Positions 30,701-45,300 are shown, numbered from the stretch's first letter. The stretch: 64,000 nucleotides of DNA from Eledone cirrhosa (GCA_964016885.1 OZ024741.1:194990001-195054000), one strand, 5' to 3'. Translations and numbers: made by a program. The notes: generated by a model not told the origin, from the letters alone.

Positions 30701-33700
30701 TGTTGTATGTGGCCTATGTTATATTTTGTATGGGGCCTATGTTATATATTGTATGCTGCCTATGTAATGTATTGTATCTAGCCTATGTTATATATTGTAT
30801 GCTGCCTATGTTATATATTGTATGTGGTATGCTGCCTATGTTACATATTGTATGCGGCTTATGTTATATATTGTATGTGGCCTATGTTACATATTGTATG
30901 CTGCCTATGTTATACATTGTATGTTTCCTATGTTATATATTGTATGTGGCCTATGTTATATATTGTATGTAGTCTATGTTATATATTGTGTGGGGCCTAT
31001 GTTATATATTGTATGTGGCCTAAGTTATATATTGTATGCTGCCTATGTTATATATTGTATGTGGCCTATGTTATATATTGTATGCTGCCTATATTATATA
31101 TTATATGTGGCCTATGTTATATATTGTATGTGGCCTATGTTATATATTGTGTTCGGCATATGTTATATATTGTATGCTGCCTATGTTATATATTGTATGT
31201 GGCCTATTTTATATATTGTATGGGGCCTATGTTATATATTGTATGCTGCCTATGTTATATATTGTGTGGGGCCTATGTTATATATTGTATGCTGCCTATG
31301 TTGTATATTGTATGTGGCCTATGTTATATATCGTATGTGGCCTATGTTGTATATTGTTTGTGGCCTATGTTATATATTGTATGTGGCCTATGTTATATAT
31401 AGTATGTGGCCTATTTTATATATTGTATGAGGCCTATGTTATATATTGTATGTGGCATATGTTATATATTTTATACTGCCTATGTTATATATTGTATGCG
31501 GCCTATGTTATATATTATGTGTGGCCTATGTTATATATAGTATGCTGCCTATGTTATATATTGTATGTGGCCTATGTTGTATATTGTTTGTGGCCTATGT
31601 TATATATTGTATGTGGCCTATGTTATATATAGTATGTGGCCTATGTTATATATTGTATGTGGCCTATGTTATATATTGTATGTGGCATATGTTATATATT
31701 GTATACTGCCTATGTTATATATTGTATGCGGCCTATGTTATATATTGTATGTGGCCTATTTTATATATTGTATGGGGCCTATGTTATATATTGTATGCTG
31801 CCTATGTTATATATTGTGTGTGGCCTATGTTATATATTGTATGCTGCCTATGTTGTATATTGTATGTGGCCTATGTTATATATCGTATGTGGCCTATGTT
31901 GTATATTGTATGTGGCCTATGTTATATATAGTATGTGGCCTATTTTATATATTGTATGTGGCCTATGTTATATATTGTATGTGGCATATGTTATATATTG
32001 TATACTGCCTATGTTATATATTGTATGCGGCCTATGTTATATATTATGTGTGGCCTATGTTATATATAGTATGCTGCCTATATTGTATATTGTATGTGGC
32101 CTATGTTGTATATTGTTTGTGGCCTATGTTATATATTGTATGTGGCCTATGTTATATATAGTATGTGGCCTTTGTTATATATTGTATGTGGCCTATGTTA
32201 CATATTGTATGTGGCCTATGTTATATATTGTATGTGGCCTATGTTATATACTGTATGCGGCATATGTTATATATTGTATGTAGTCTATGTTATATATTGT
32301 GTGGGGCCTATGTTATGTATTGTATGTGGCCTAAGTTATATATTGTATGCTGCCTATGTTATATATTGTATGTGGCCTATGTTATATATTGTATGCTGCC
32401 TATGTTATATATTATATGTGGCCTGTGTTATATATTGTATGTGGCCTATGTTATATATTGTGTTCGGCATATGTTATATATTGTATGCTGCCTATGTTAT
32501 ATATTGTATGTGGCCTATTTTATATATTGTATGGGGCCTACGTTATATATTGTATGCTGCCTATGTTATGTATTGTGTGTGGCCTATGTTATATATAGTA
32601 TGCTGCCTATGTTATATATTGTATGATGCATAAGTTTTATTTGGTATGAGGCCTATGATATATATGGTCTGTGACCTATGTTTATGTATTGTATTATGCC
32701 TATGTTATATATTGTATGATGCCTATGTTATATATTGTATGTGGCCTATGTTATTTATTGTATGCGACATATATTATATATTGTATGCTGCCTATGTTAT
32801 ATATTGTATGTGGCCTATGTTATATATCGTATGTGATCTAGGCTATATATTGTATACTGCCTATTTATATATTGTATGAGGCCTAAGTTATATATTGTAT
32901 ACTGCCTATGTTATATATATTATTTTGGCCTATGTTATATAATGTATGTGGCCTATGTTATATATTGTATCTGGCCTATGTTATCTATTGTATATGGCCT
33001 ATGTTATATATTGTATGCTGCCTATGTTATATATTGTATATGGTCTATATTATATATTGTATGCTTCCTGTGTTATATATTGTATGCTGCCTATGTTATA
33101 TATAGTATGTGACCTATGTTATATATTGTGTGTGGCCTATGTTATATATCGTATGTAGCCTATGTTATATTTTGTATGTGGCCTACGTTATATATTGTAT
33201 GCTGCCTATGTTATATATTATGTGTGGCCTATGTTATATATTGTATGCTGCCTATGTTATATATTGTATGTCGCCTACGTTATATATTGTATGCTGCCTA
33301 TGTTATATATAATGTGTGGCCTATGTTATATATTGTATTCGGCCTATGTTATACATTGTATGCTGCCTATATTATATATAGTATGTGGCCTATTTTATAT
33401 ATTGTATGCTACCTATGTTATATATTGTATGTGGCGTATGTTATATATTGGAATTCTGCATGTTATTTATTGTATGCTGCCTATGTTATATATTGCATGT
33501 GGCCTATGTTATATATTGTATGTGGCCTATGTTATATATTGTGTTCGGCATATGTTATATATTGTATGCTGCCTATGTTATGTATAGTATGTGACCTATG
33601 TTATATATTGTGTGTGGCCTATGTTATATATCGTATGTAGCCTATGTTATATTTTGTATGTGGCCTACGTTATATATTGTATGCTGCCTATGTTATATAT

Positions 33701-36700
33701 TATGTGTGGCCTATGTTATATATAGTATGCTGCCTATGTTATATATTGTATGTGGCCTATGTTATATATTGTATGCTGCCTATGTTATATATTATATGTG
33801 GCCTATGTTATATATTGTATGTGGCCTATGTTATATATTGTGTTCGGCATATGTTATATATTGTATGCTGCCTATGTTATATATTGTATGTGGCCTATTT
33901 TATATATTGTATGGGGCCTATGTTATATATTGTATGCTGCCTATGTTATATATTGTGTGTGGCCTATTTTATATATAGTATGCTGCCTATGTTATATATT
34001 GTATGATGCATAAGTTTTATTTGGTATGAGGCCTATGATATATATGGTCTGTGACCTATGTTTATGTATTGTATTCTGCCTATGTTATATATTGTATGAT
34101 GCCTATGTTATATATTGTATGTAGCCTATGTTATTTATTGTATGCGACATATGTTATATATTGTATGCTGCCTATGTTATATATTGTATGTGGCCTATGT
34201 TATATATCGTATATGATCTAGGCTATATATTGTATGCTGCCTATTTATATATTGTATGAGGCCTAAGTTATATATTGTATACTGCCTATGTTATATATAT
34301 TGTTTTGGCCTATGTTATATAATGTATGTGGCCTATGTTATATATTGTATGGGAAATATGTTAAATATTGTATGCTGCGTATGTTATATATTGTATGTGG
34401 CCTATGTTATCTATTGTATATGGCCTATGTTATATATTGTATGCTGCCTATGTTATATATTGTATATGGTCTATATTATATATTGTATGCTGCCTGTGTT
34501 ATATATTGTATGCTGCCTATGTTATATACAGTATGTGACCTATGTTATATAATGTGTGTGGCCTATGTTATATATCGTATGTAGCCTATTTTATATTTTG
34601 TATGTGGCCTACGTTATATATTGTATGCTGCCTATGTTATATATTATGTGTGGCCTATGTTATATATTGTATGCTGCCTATGTTATACATTGTATGTGGC
34701 CTACGTTATATATTGTATGCTGCCTATGTTATATATAATGTGTGGCCTATGATATATATTGTATTTGGCCTATGTTATACATTGTATAATGCCTATGTTA
34801 TATATTGTATGTGGCCTATGTTATATATTGTGTTCGGCATATGTTATATATTGTATGCTGCCTATGTTATATGTTGTATGTGGCCTATGTTATATATTGT
34901 ATGGAGCCTATGTTATATATTGTATGCTGCCTATGTTATATATTGTATGTGGCCTATGTTTTATATTGTATGCCTACTATGTTATTTATTGTATGTGGCC
35001 TATATTATATATTGTATGCTGCCTATGTTATATGAGGTATGTAGCCTATGTTATATATTGTATGCTGCCTATGTCATATATTGTATGCTGCCTATGTTAT
35101 ATATTGTATGAGGCCTATGTTATATATATTATGCTGCGTATGTTATATATTGTATGTAACCTATGTTATATATTATATGCTGCCTATGTTATATATCGTA
35201 TGTAGCCTATGTTATATATTGTATGTGGCCTATGTTATATATTTATGCTGCCTATGTTATATATTGTATGCTGCCTATGTTATATATTGTATGATGCCTT
35301 TGTTATATATTGTATGCAGCCTATGTTATATATTGTATGTGGCCTATGTTATATATTGTTTGTGGCCTATGTTATATATTGTATGATGCCTAAGTTTTAT
35401 TTGGTATGAGGCCTATGATATATATGGTTTGTGACCTATGTTTATATATTTTATTCTGCCTATGTTATATATTGTATGATGCCTATAATATATTGTAAGT
35501 GGCCTATGTTATATATTGCATGCGACATATGTTATATATTGTATGCTGCCTATGTTATATATTGTATGGTGCCTATGTTATATATTGTATGTGATCTATG
35601 CTATATATTGTATGCTGCCTATGTTATATATAGTATGTGGTCTATGTTATATATTGTATATGGCCTATGTTATATATTGTATGCTGCCTATGTTATATAT
35701 TGTATGTGGCCTATGTTATATATTGTATGCTGCCTATGTTATATATTGTATGCTGCCTATGTTATATATTGTATGTGGCCTACGTTATATATTGTATGCT
35801 GCCTATGTTATATAATATGTGTGGCCTATGTTATATATTGTATTTGGCCTATGTTATACATTGTATGCTGCCTATGTTATATATTGTATGTATCCTATGT
35901 TATATATTGTATGCTGCCTATGTTATATATTGTATGTTGCCGATGTTTTATATTGTATGTGGCCTATGTTATGTATTGTATGCTACCTATGTTATACATC
36001 GTATGTGGCCTATGTTGTATATTGGAATTCTGCATTTTATATATTGTATGTGGCCTATGTTATATATTGTATGCTGCCTATGTTATATATTGTATGTGGC
36101 CTATGTTATATATTGTATGTGATCTATGCTATATATTGTATGCTGCCTATGTTATATATTGTATGTGGCCTATAATATATTGTATGTGGCCTATGTTATT
36201 TATTGTATGCGACATATGTTATATATTGTATGATGCCTATGTTATATATTGTATGCTGCCTATGTTATATATTGTATGTGACCTATGTTATATATTGTAT
36301 GTGGCCTATGTTATATTTTGTATGTGGCCTACGTTATATATTGTATACTGCCTATGTTATATATTATGTGTGGCCTATGTTATATATTGTATGCTGCCTA
36401 TGTTATATATAGTATGTGGCCTATGTTATATATTGTATATGGCCTATGTTATATATTGTATGCTGCCTATGTTATATATTGTATGCTGCCTATGTAAGGT
36501 ATTGTATCTAGCCTATGTTATATATTGTGTGCTGCCTATGTTATATATTGTATGTGGTCTATGTTATATATTGTATGCTGCCTATGTTACATATTGTATG
36601 CGGCTTATGTTATATATTGTATGTGGCCTATGTTACATATTGTATGCTGCCTATGTTATACATTGTATGCTTCCTATGTTATATATTGTATGTGGCCTAT

Positions 36701-39700
36701 GTTATATATTGTATGCTTCCTATGTTATATATTGTATGTGGCATATGTTATATATTGTATACTGCATATGTTATATATTGTATGCGGCCTATGTTATATA
36801 TTGTATGTGGCCTATGTTATATAGTGTATGCGGCATATGTTATATATTGTATGTAGTCTATGTTATATATTGTGTGGGGCCTATGTTATATATTGTATGT
36901 GGCCTAAGTTATATATTGTATGCTGCCTATGTTATATATTGTATGTGGCCTATGTTATATATTGTATGCTGCCTATGTTATATATTATATGTGGCCTATG
37001 TTATATATTGTATGTGGCCTATTATATATATTGTGTTCGGCATATGTTATATATTGTATGCTGCCTATGTTGTATATTGTATGTGGCCTATGTTATATAT
37101 TGTATGTGGCCTATATTATATATTGTTTGTGGCCTATGTTATAGATAGTATGCTGCCTATGTTATATATTGTATGTGGCCTATGTTGTATATTGTTTGTG
37201 GCCTATGTTATATATTGTATGTGGCCTATGTTATATATAGTATGTGGCCTATGTTATATATTGTATGTGGCCTATGTTATATATTGTATGTGGCATTTGT
37301 TATATATTGTATACTGCCTATGTTATATATTGTATGCGGCCTATGTTATATATTGTATGTGGCCTATGTTATATAGTGTATGCGGCATATGTTATATATT
37401 GTATGTAGTCTATGTTATATATTGTGTGGGGCCTATGTTATATATTGTATGTGGCCTAAGTTATATATTGTATGCTGCCTATGTTATATATTGTATGTGG
37501 CCTATGTTATATATTGTATGCTGCCTATGTTATATATTATATGTGGCCTATGTTATATATTGTATGTGGCCTATGTTATATATTGTGTTCGGCATATGTT
37601 ATATATTGTATGCTGCCTATGTCATATATTGTATGTGGCCTATTTTATATATTGTATGGGGCCTATGTTATATATTGTATGCTGCCTATGTTATATATTG
37701 TGTGTGGCCTATGTTATATATAGTATGCTGCCTATGTTATATATTGTATGATAAGTTTTATTTGGTATGAGGCCTATAATATATATGGTCTGTGACCTAT
37801 GTTTATGTATTGTATTCTGCCTATGTTATATATTGTATGTGGCCTATGTTATTTATTGTATGCGATATATATTATATATTGTATTCTGCCTATGTTATAT
37901 ATTGTATGTGGCCTATGTTATATATCGTATGTGATCTAGGCTATATATTGTATACTGCCTATTTATATATTGTACGAGGCCTAAGTTATATATTGTATAC
38001 ACCCTATGTTATATATAATATTTTGGCCTATGTTATATAATGTATGTGGCCTATGTTATATATTGTATGGGAAATATGTTATATATTGTATGCTGCGTAT
38101 GTTATATATTGTATGTGGCCTATGTTATCTATTGTATATGGCCTATGTTATATATTGTATGCTGCCTATGTTATATATTGTATGCTGCCTATGTTATATA
38201 TAGTATGTGACCTATGTTATATATTGTGTGTGGCCTATTTTATATATCGTATGTAGCCTATGTTATATTTCGTGCGTGGCCTACGTTATATATTGTATGC
38301 TGCCTATGTTATATATTATGTGTGGCCTATGTTATATATTGTATGCTGCCTGTGTTATATATTGTATGCTGCCTAAGTTATGTATAGTATGTGACCTATG
38401 TTATATATTGTGTGTGGCCAATGTTATATATCGTATGTAGCCTATGTTATATTTTGTATGTGGCCTACGTTATATATTGTATGCTGCCTATGTTATATAT
38501 TATGTGTGGCCTATGTTATATATAGTATGCTGCCTATGTTATATATTGTATGTGGCCTACGTTATATATTGTATGCTGCCTATGTTATATATAATGTGTG
38601 GCCTATGTTATATATTGTATTTGGCCTATGTTATACATTGTATGCTGCCTATGTTATATATTGTATGTGGCCTATGTTATATATTGTATGCTACCTATGT
38701 TATATATTGTATGTGGCGTATGTTATATATTGGAATTCTGCATGTTATATATTGTATGCTGCCTATGTTATATATTGTATGTGGCCTATGTTATATATTG
38801 TATGTGGCCTATGTTATATATTGTGTTCGGCATATGTTATATATTGTATGCTGCCTATGTTATATGTTGTATGTGGCCTATGTTATATATTGTATGGGGC
38901 CTATGTTATATATTGTATGCTGCCTATGTTATATATTGTATGTGGCCTAAGTTATATATTGTATGTGGCCTATGTTATATATTGTATGCTGCCTATGTTA
39001 TATATTATATGTGGCCTATGTTATATATTGTATGTGGCCTATGTTATATATTGTGTTCGGCATATGTTATATATTGTATGCTGCCTATGTTATATATAGT
39101 ATGCTGCCTATGTTATATATTGTATGATGCATAAGTTTTATTTGGTATGAGGCCTATGATATATATGGTCTGTGACCTATGTTTATGTATTGTAAGCTGC
39201 CTATGTTATATATAATGTGTGGCCTATGTTATATATTGTATTTGGCCTATGTTATACATTGTATGCTACCTATGTTATATATTGTATGTAGCTACATACC
39301 ATATATATCATAGGCCTATGATATATATTGTATGTAGCGTATGTTATATATTGGAATTCTGCATGTTATATATTGTATGCGGCCTATGTTATATATTGTA
39401 AGTTATATATTGTATGTGTCCTATTTTATATATTGTATGCTGCCTATGTTATATATTATATGTGGCCTATGTTATATATTGTATGTGGCCTATGTTATAT
39501 ATTGTGTTCGGCATATGTTATATATTGTATGCTGCCTATGTTATATATAGTATGCTGCCTATGTTATATATTGTATGATGCATAAGTTTTATTTGGTATG
39601 AGGCCTATGATATATATGTGACCTATGTTTATGTATTGTAAGTTTTATTTGGTATGTTATATATTGGAATTCTGCATGTTATATATTGTATGCTGCCTAT

Positions 39701-42700
39701 GTTATATATTGTATGTGGCCTATGTTATATATTGTATGTGGCCTATGTTATATATTGTGTTCGGCATATGTTATATATTGTATGCTGCCTATGTTATATG
39801 TTGTATGTGGCCTATGTTATATATTGTATGGGGCCTATGTTATATATTGTATGCTGCCTATGTTATATATTGTATGAGGCCTATGTTATATATATTATGC
39901 TGCGTATGTTATATATTGTATGTGGCCTATGTTATATATTATATGCTGCCTATGTTATACATTGTATGTAGCCTATGTTATATATTGTATGTGGTCTATG
40001 TTATATATTTATGCTGCCAATGTTATATATTGTATGATGCCTTTGTTATATATTGTATGTGGCCTATGTTATATATTGTATGCGGCATATGTTATATATT
40101 GTATGCAGCCTATGTTATATATTGTATGTGGCCTACGTTATATATTGTTTGTGGCCTATGTTATATATTGTATGTGGCCTATGTTATATATAGTATGTGG
40201 CCTATGTTATATATTGTATGTGGCCTATGTTATATATTGTATGTGGGCTATGCTATATATTGTATGTTGCGTATGTTATATATAATATGTGGTATATGTT
40301 ATATATTGTATGCGACCTATTATATATATTGTATGTGGCCTATGTTATATATTGTATGCTGCCTATGTTATATATTGTATGCGTCCTATGTTATGTATTG
40401 TATGTGGCCTATGTTATATATTGTATGCTGCCTATGTTATACATTGTATGCTTCCTGTGTTATATATTGTATGCGTCCTATGTTATGTATTGTATGTGGC
40501 CTATGTTATATATTGTATGCTGCCTATGTTATACATTGTATGCTTCATATGTTATATATTGTATGTGGCCTATGTTATATAATGTGTGCGGCATATGTTA
40601 TATATTGTATGTAGTCTATGTTATATATTGTGTGGGCCCTATGTTATATATTGTGTGGTGCCTATGTTATATATTGTATGATGCCTAAGTTTTATTTGGT
40701 ATGAGGCCTATGATATATATGGTTTGTGACCTATGTTTTTATATTTTATTCTGCCTATGTTATATATTGTATGATGCCTATGTTATATATTGTAAGTGGC
40801 CTATGTTATATATTGTATGCGACATATGTTATATAATGTATGCTGCCTATGTTATATATTGTATGTGGCCTATGTTATATATTGTATGTGATCTATGCTA
40901 TATATTGTATGCTGCCTATGTTATATATTGTATGCTGCCTATGTTATATATAGTATGTGGCCTATGTTATATATTGTATATGGCTTATGGCATATATTGT
41001 ATGCTGCCCATGTTATATATTGTATGTGGTCTATGTTATATATTGTATGCTGCCTATGTTATATATTGTATGCTGCCTATGCTATTTATTGCATGTGGCC
41101 TATGTTATATATTATATGCTGCCTATGTTATATATTGTATGTAGCCTATGTTATATATTGTATGTGGCCTATGTTATATATTTATGCTGCCTATGTTATA
41201 TATTGTATGCTGCCTATGTTATATATTGTATGATGCCTTTGTTATATATTGTATGTGGCCTATGTTATATATTGTATGCGGCATATGTTATATATTGTAT
41301 GCAGCCTATGTTATATATTGTATGTGGCCTATGTTATATACTGTTTGTGGCCTATGTTATATATTGTATGTGGCCTATGTTATATAGAGTATGAGGCCTA
41401 TGTTATATATTGTATGTGGCCTATGTTATATTGTATGTGGGCTATGCTATATATTGTATGCTGCCTATGTTATATATTGTATGTGGCCTATGTTATATGT
41501 TGTATGCGGCCTATTATATATATTGTATGTGGCCTATGTTATATATAGTATGCGGACTATGTTATGTATTGTATGTGGCCTATGTTATATATTGTATGCG
41601 GACTATGTTATGTATTGTATGCCGCCTATGTTATACATTGTATGCTTCCTGTGTTATATAATGTATGTGGCCTATGTTATATATGTTATATATTGTATGC
41701 TTCATATATTGTATGTGGCCTATGTTATATATTGTATGCTGCCTATGTTATATATTGTATGCGGACTATGTTATGTATTGTATGTGGCCTATGTTATATA
41801 TTGTATGCCGCCTACGTTATACATTGTATGCTTCCTGTGTTATATAATGTATGTGGCCTATGTTATATATGTTATATATTGTATGCTTCATATGTTATAT
41901 ACTGTATGTGGCATATGTTATATATTGTATACTGCCTATGTTATATACTGTATGCGGCCTATGTCATATATTGTATGTGGCCTATGTTATATAATGTATG
42001 CGGCATATGTTATATATTGTATGTAGTCTATGTTATATATTGTGTGGGTCCTATGTTATATATTGTGTGGGGCCTATGTTATATATTGTATGATGCCTAA
42101 GTTTTGAGGCCTATGTTATATATTGTATGCGGCATATGTTATATATTGTATGCAGCCTATGTTATATATTGTATGTGGCCTATGTTATATATTGTTTGTG
42201 GCCTATGTTATATATTGTATGTGGCCTATGTTATATATAGTATGAGGCCTATGTTATATATTGTATGTGGCCTATGTTATATTGTATGTGGGCTATGCTA
42301 TATATTGTATGCTGCCTATGTTATATATAGTTTTTGGCCTATGTTATATATTGTATGCGGCCTATTATATATATTGTATGTGGTCTATGTTATATATTGT
42401 ATGCTGCCTATTTTATATATTGTATGCGGACTATGTTATGTATTGTATGTGGCCTATGTTATATATTGTATGCCGCCTATGTTATACATTGTATGCTTCC
42501 TGTGTTATATAATGTATGTGGCCTATGTTATATAGTGTATGCGGCATATGTTATATATTGTATATAGTCTATGTTATATATTGTATGATGCCTAAGTTTT
42601 ATTTGGTACGAGGCCTATGATATATATGGTCTGTGACCTATGTTTATGTATTGTATTCTGCCTATGTTATATATTGTATGATGCCTATGTTATATATTGT

Positions 42701-45300
42701 ATGTGGCCTATGTTATTTATTGTATGCGACATATGTTATATATTGTATGCTGCCTATGTTATATATTGTATGTGGCCTATGTTATATATTGTATGTGATC
42801 TAGGCTATATATTGTATGCTGCCTATTTATATATTTTATGAGGCCTAAGTTATATATTGTATACTGCCTTTGTTATATATATTATTTTGGCCTATGTTAT
42901 ATATTGTATGTGGCCTATGTTATATATTGTATGAGAAATATGTTATATATTGTATGCTGCGTATGTTATATATTGTATGTGGCCTATGTTATCTATTGTA
43001 GATGGCCTATGTTATATATTGTATATGGTCTATGTTATATATTGTATGCTGCCTGTGTTATATATTGTATGCTCCCTATGTTATATATAGTATGTGACCT
43101 ATGTTATATATTGTGTGTGGCCTATGTTATATATCGTATGTAGCCTATGTTATATTTTGTATGTGGCCTACGTTATATATTGTATGCTGCCTATGTTATA
43201 TATTATGTGTGGCCTATGTTATATATTGTATGCTGCCTGTGTTATATATTGTATGCTGCCTATGTTATATATTGTATGCTGCCTATGTTATATATTGTAT
43301 GTGGCCTATGTTATATATTGTATGCTGCCTATTTTGTATATTGTATGTGGCCTGAGTTATATATTGTATGTGGCCTATGTTGTATATTGTTTGTGGCCTA
43401 TGTTATATATTCTATGTGGCCTATGTTATATATAGTATGTGGCCTATGTTATATAATGTATTTGGCCTATGTTATACATTGTATGCTGCCTATGTTATAT
43501 ATTGTATGTGGCCAATGTTATATATTGTATGCTACCTATGTTATATATTGTATGTGGCGTATGTTATATATTGGAATTCTGCATGTTATATATTGTATGC
43601 TGCCTATGTTATATATTGTATGTGGCCTATGTTATATATTGTATGGGGCCTATGTTATATATTTATGCTGCCTCTGTTATATAATGTATGTAGCCTATGT
43701 TATATATTGCATGTGGCCTATGTTATATATTTATGCTGCCTCTGTTATATATTGTATGCTGCCAATGTTATATATTGTATGATGCCTTTGTTATATATTG
43801 TATGTGGCCTATGTTATATATTGTATGCTTCATATGTTATATATTGTATGTGGCATATGTTACATATTGTATACTGCCTATGTTATATACTGTATGCGGC
43901 CTATGTTATATATCGTATGTGATCTATGCTATATATTGTATGCTGCCTATGTTATATATTGTATGTGGCCTATGTTATATATTGTAAGTGGCCTATGTTA
44001 TATATTGTATGCGACATATGTTATATATTGTATGCTGCCTATGTTATATATTGTATGTGGCCTATGTTATATATTGTATGTGATCTATGCTATATATTGT
44101 ATGCTGCCTATGTTATATATTGTATGTGGCCTATGTTATATATTGTATGCTGCCTATGTTATATATAGTATGTGGCCTATGTTATATATTTTATATGGCC
44201 TATGTTATATATTGTATGCTGCCCATGTTATATATTGTATGTGGCCTATGTTATATATTGTATGCTGCCTGTGTTATATATAGTATGTGGCCTTCGTTAT
44301 ATATTGTATGTGGCTTATGTTATATATTGTATGCGGTATATATTATATATTGTATGTGGCCTATGTTTTATATTGTATGCTGCATATGTTATATATTGTA
44401 TGCTGCCTATGTTATATATTTTATGTGGCCTATGTTATATATTGGAATTCTGCATGTTATATATTGTATGTGGCCTATGTTATATATTGTATGCTGCCTA
44501 TGTTATATATTGTATGTGACCTATGTTATATGTTGTATGTGGCCTATGTTATATATTGTATGGGGCCTATGTTATATATTGTATGCTGCCTATGTAATGT
44601 ATTGTATCTAGCCTATGTTATATATTGTATGCTGCCTATGTTATATATTGTATGTGGTCTATGTTATATATTGTATGCTGCCTATGTTACATATTGTATG
44701 CGGCTTATGTTATATACTGTATGTGGCCTATGTTATATGTTGTATGTGGCCTATGTTATATATTGTATGTGGCCTATGTTATATATTGTATGCTGCCTAT
44801 GTTATATATTATATGTGGCCTATGTTATATATTGTATGTGGCCTATGTTATATATTGTGTTCGGCATATGTTATATATTGTATGCTGCCTATGTTATATA
44901 TTGTATGTGGCCTATTTTATATATTGTATGGGGACTATGTTATATATTGTATGCTGCCTATGTTATATATTGTATGGGGCCTATGTTATATATTGTATGC
45001 TGCCTATGTTATATATTGTATGCTGCCTATGTTATATATTGTATGTGGCCTATGTTATATATTGTATGCCTACTATGTTATATATTGTATGCCTACTATG
45101 TTATATAGTGTATGTGGCCTACGTTATATATTGTATGCTGCCTATGTTATATATTGTATGGGGCCTATGTTATATATTGTATGCTGCCTATGTTATATAT
45201 TGTATGCTGCCTATGTTTTATATTGTGTGTGGCCTATGTTATATATTGTATGCGGCCTATGTTAAACATGGTATGCTGCCTATGTTATATATTGTATGTA
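27800..45300 (+). repeat. Diverged layer 1, marked by the AAGTTTTATTTGGTATGAGGCCTATGATATATATGGT(T/C)TGTGACC cassette and GGAATTCTGC monomers
   Basis: Cassette at ~29591, 30462, 32632, 34012, 35392, 37753, 39133, 39584, 40687, 42099 (truncated) and 42594. GAATTC at 33451, 36025, 38733, 39354, 39667, 43574 and 44445. I saw neither marker before 27.8 kb. Confidence 0.85.
39269..39338. other. Single inverted monomer (39292-39314) forming two overlapping palindromes
   Basis: The sequence reads CCTATGTTATATATTGTATGTAG|CTACATACCATATATATCATAGG|CCTATGATATATATTGTATGTAGC. The middle unit is the reverse complement of its neighbours: 21/23 pairs with the left unit and 23/24 with the right. Confidence 0.95.

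Noticed and set aside
39292-39314. Transposon footprint or MITE at the palindrome
   Set aside because: The insert is entirely reverse-complement satellite sequence, with no foreign terminal repeats or distinct target-site duplication.
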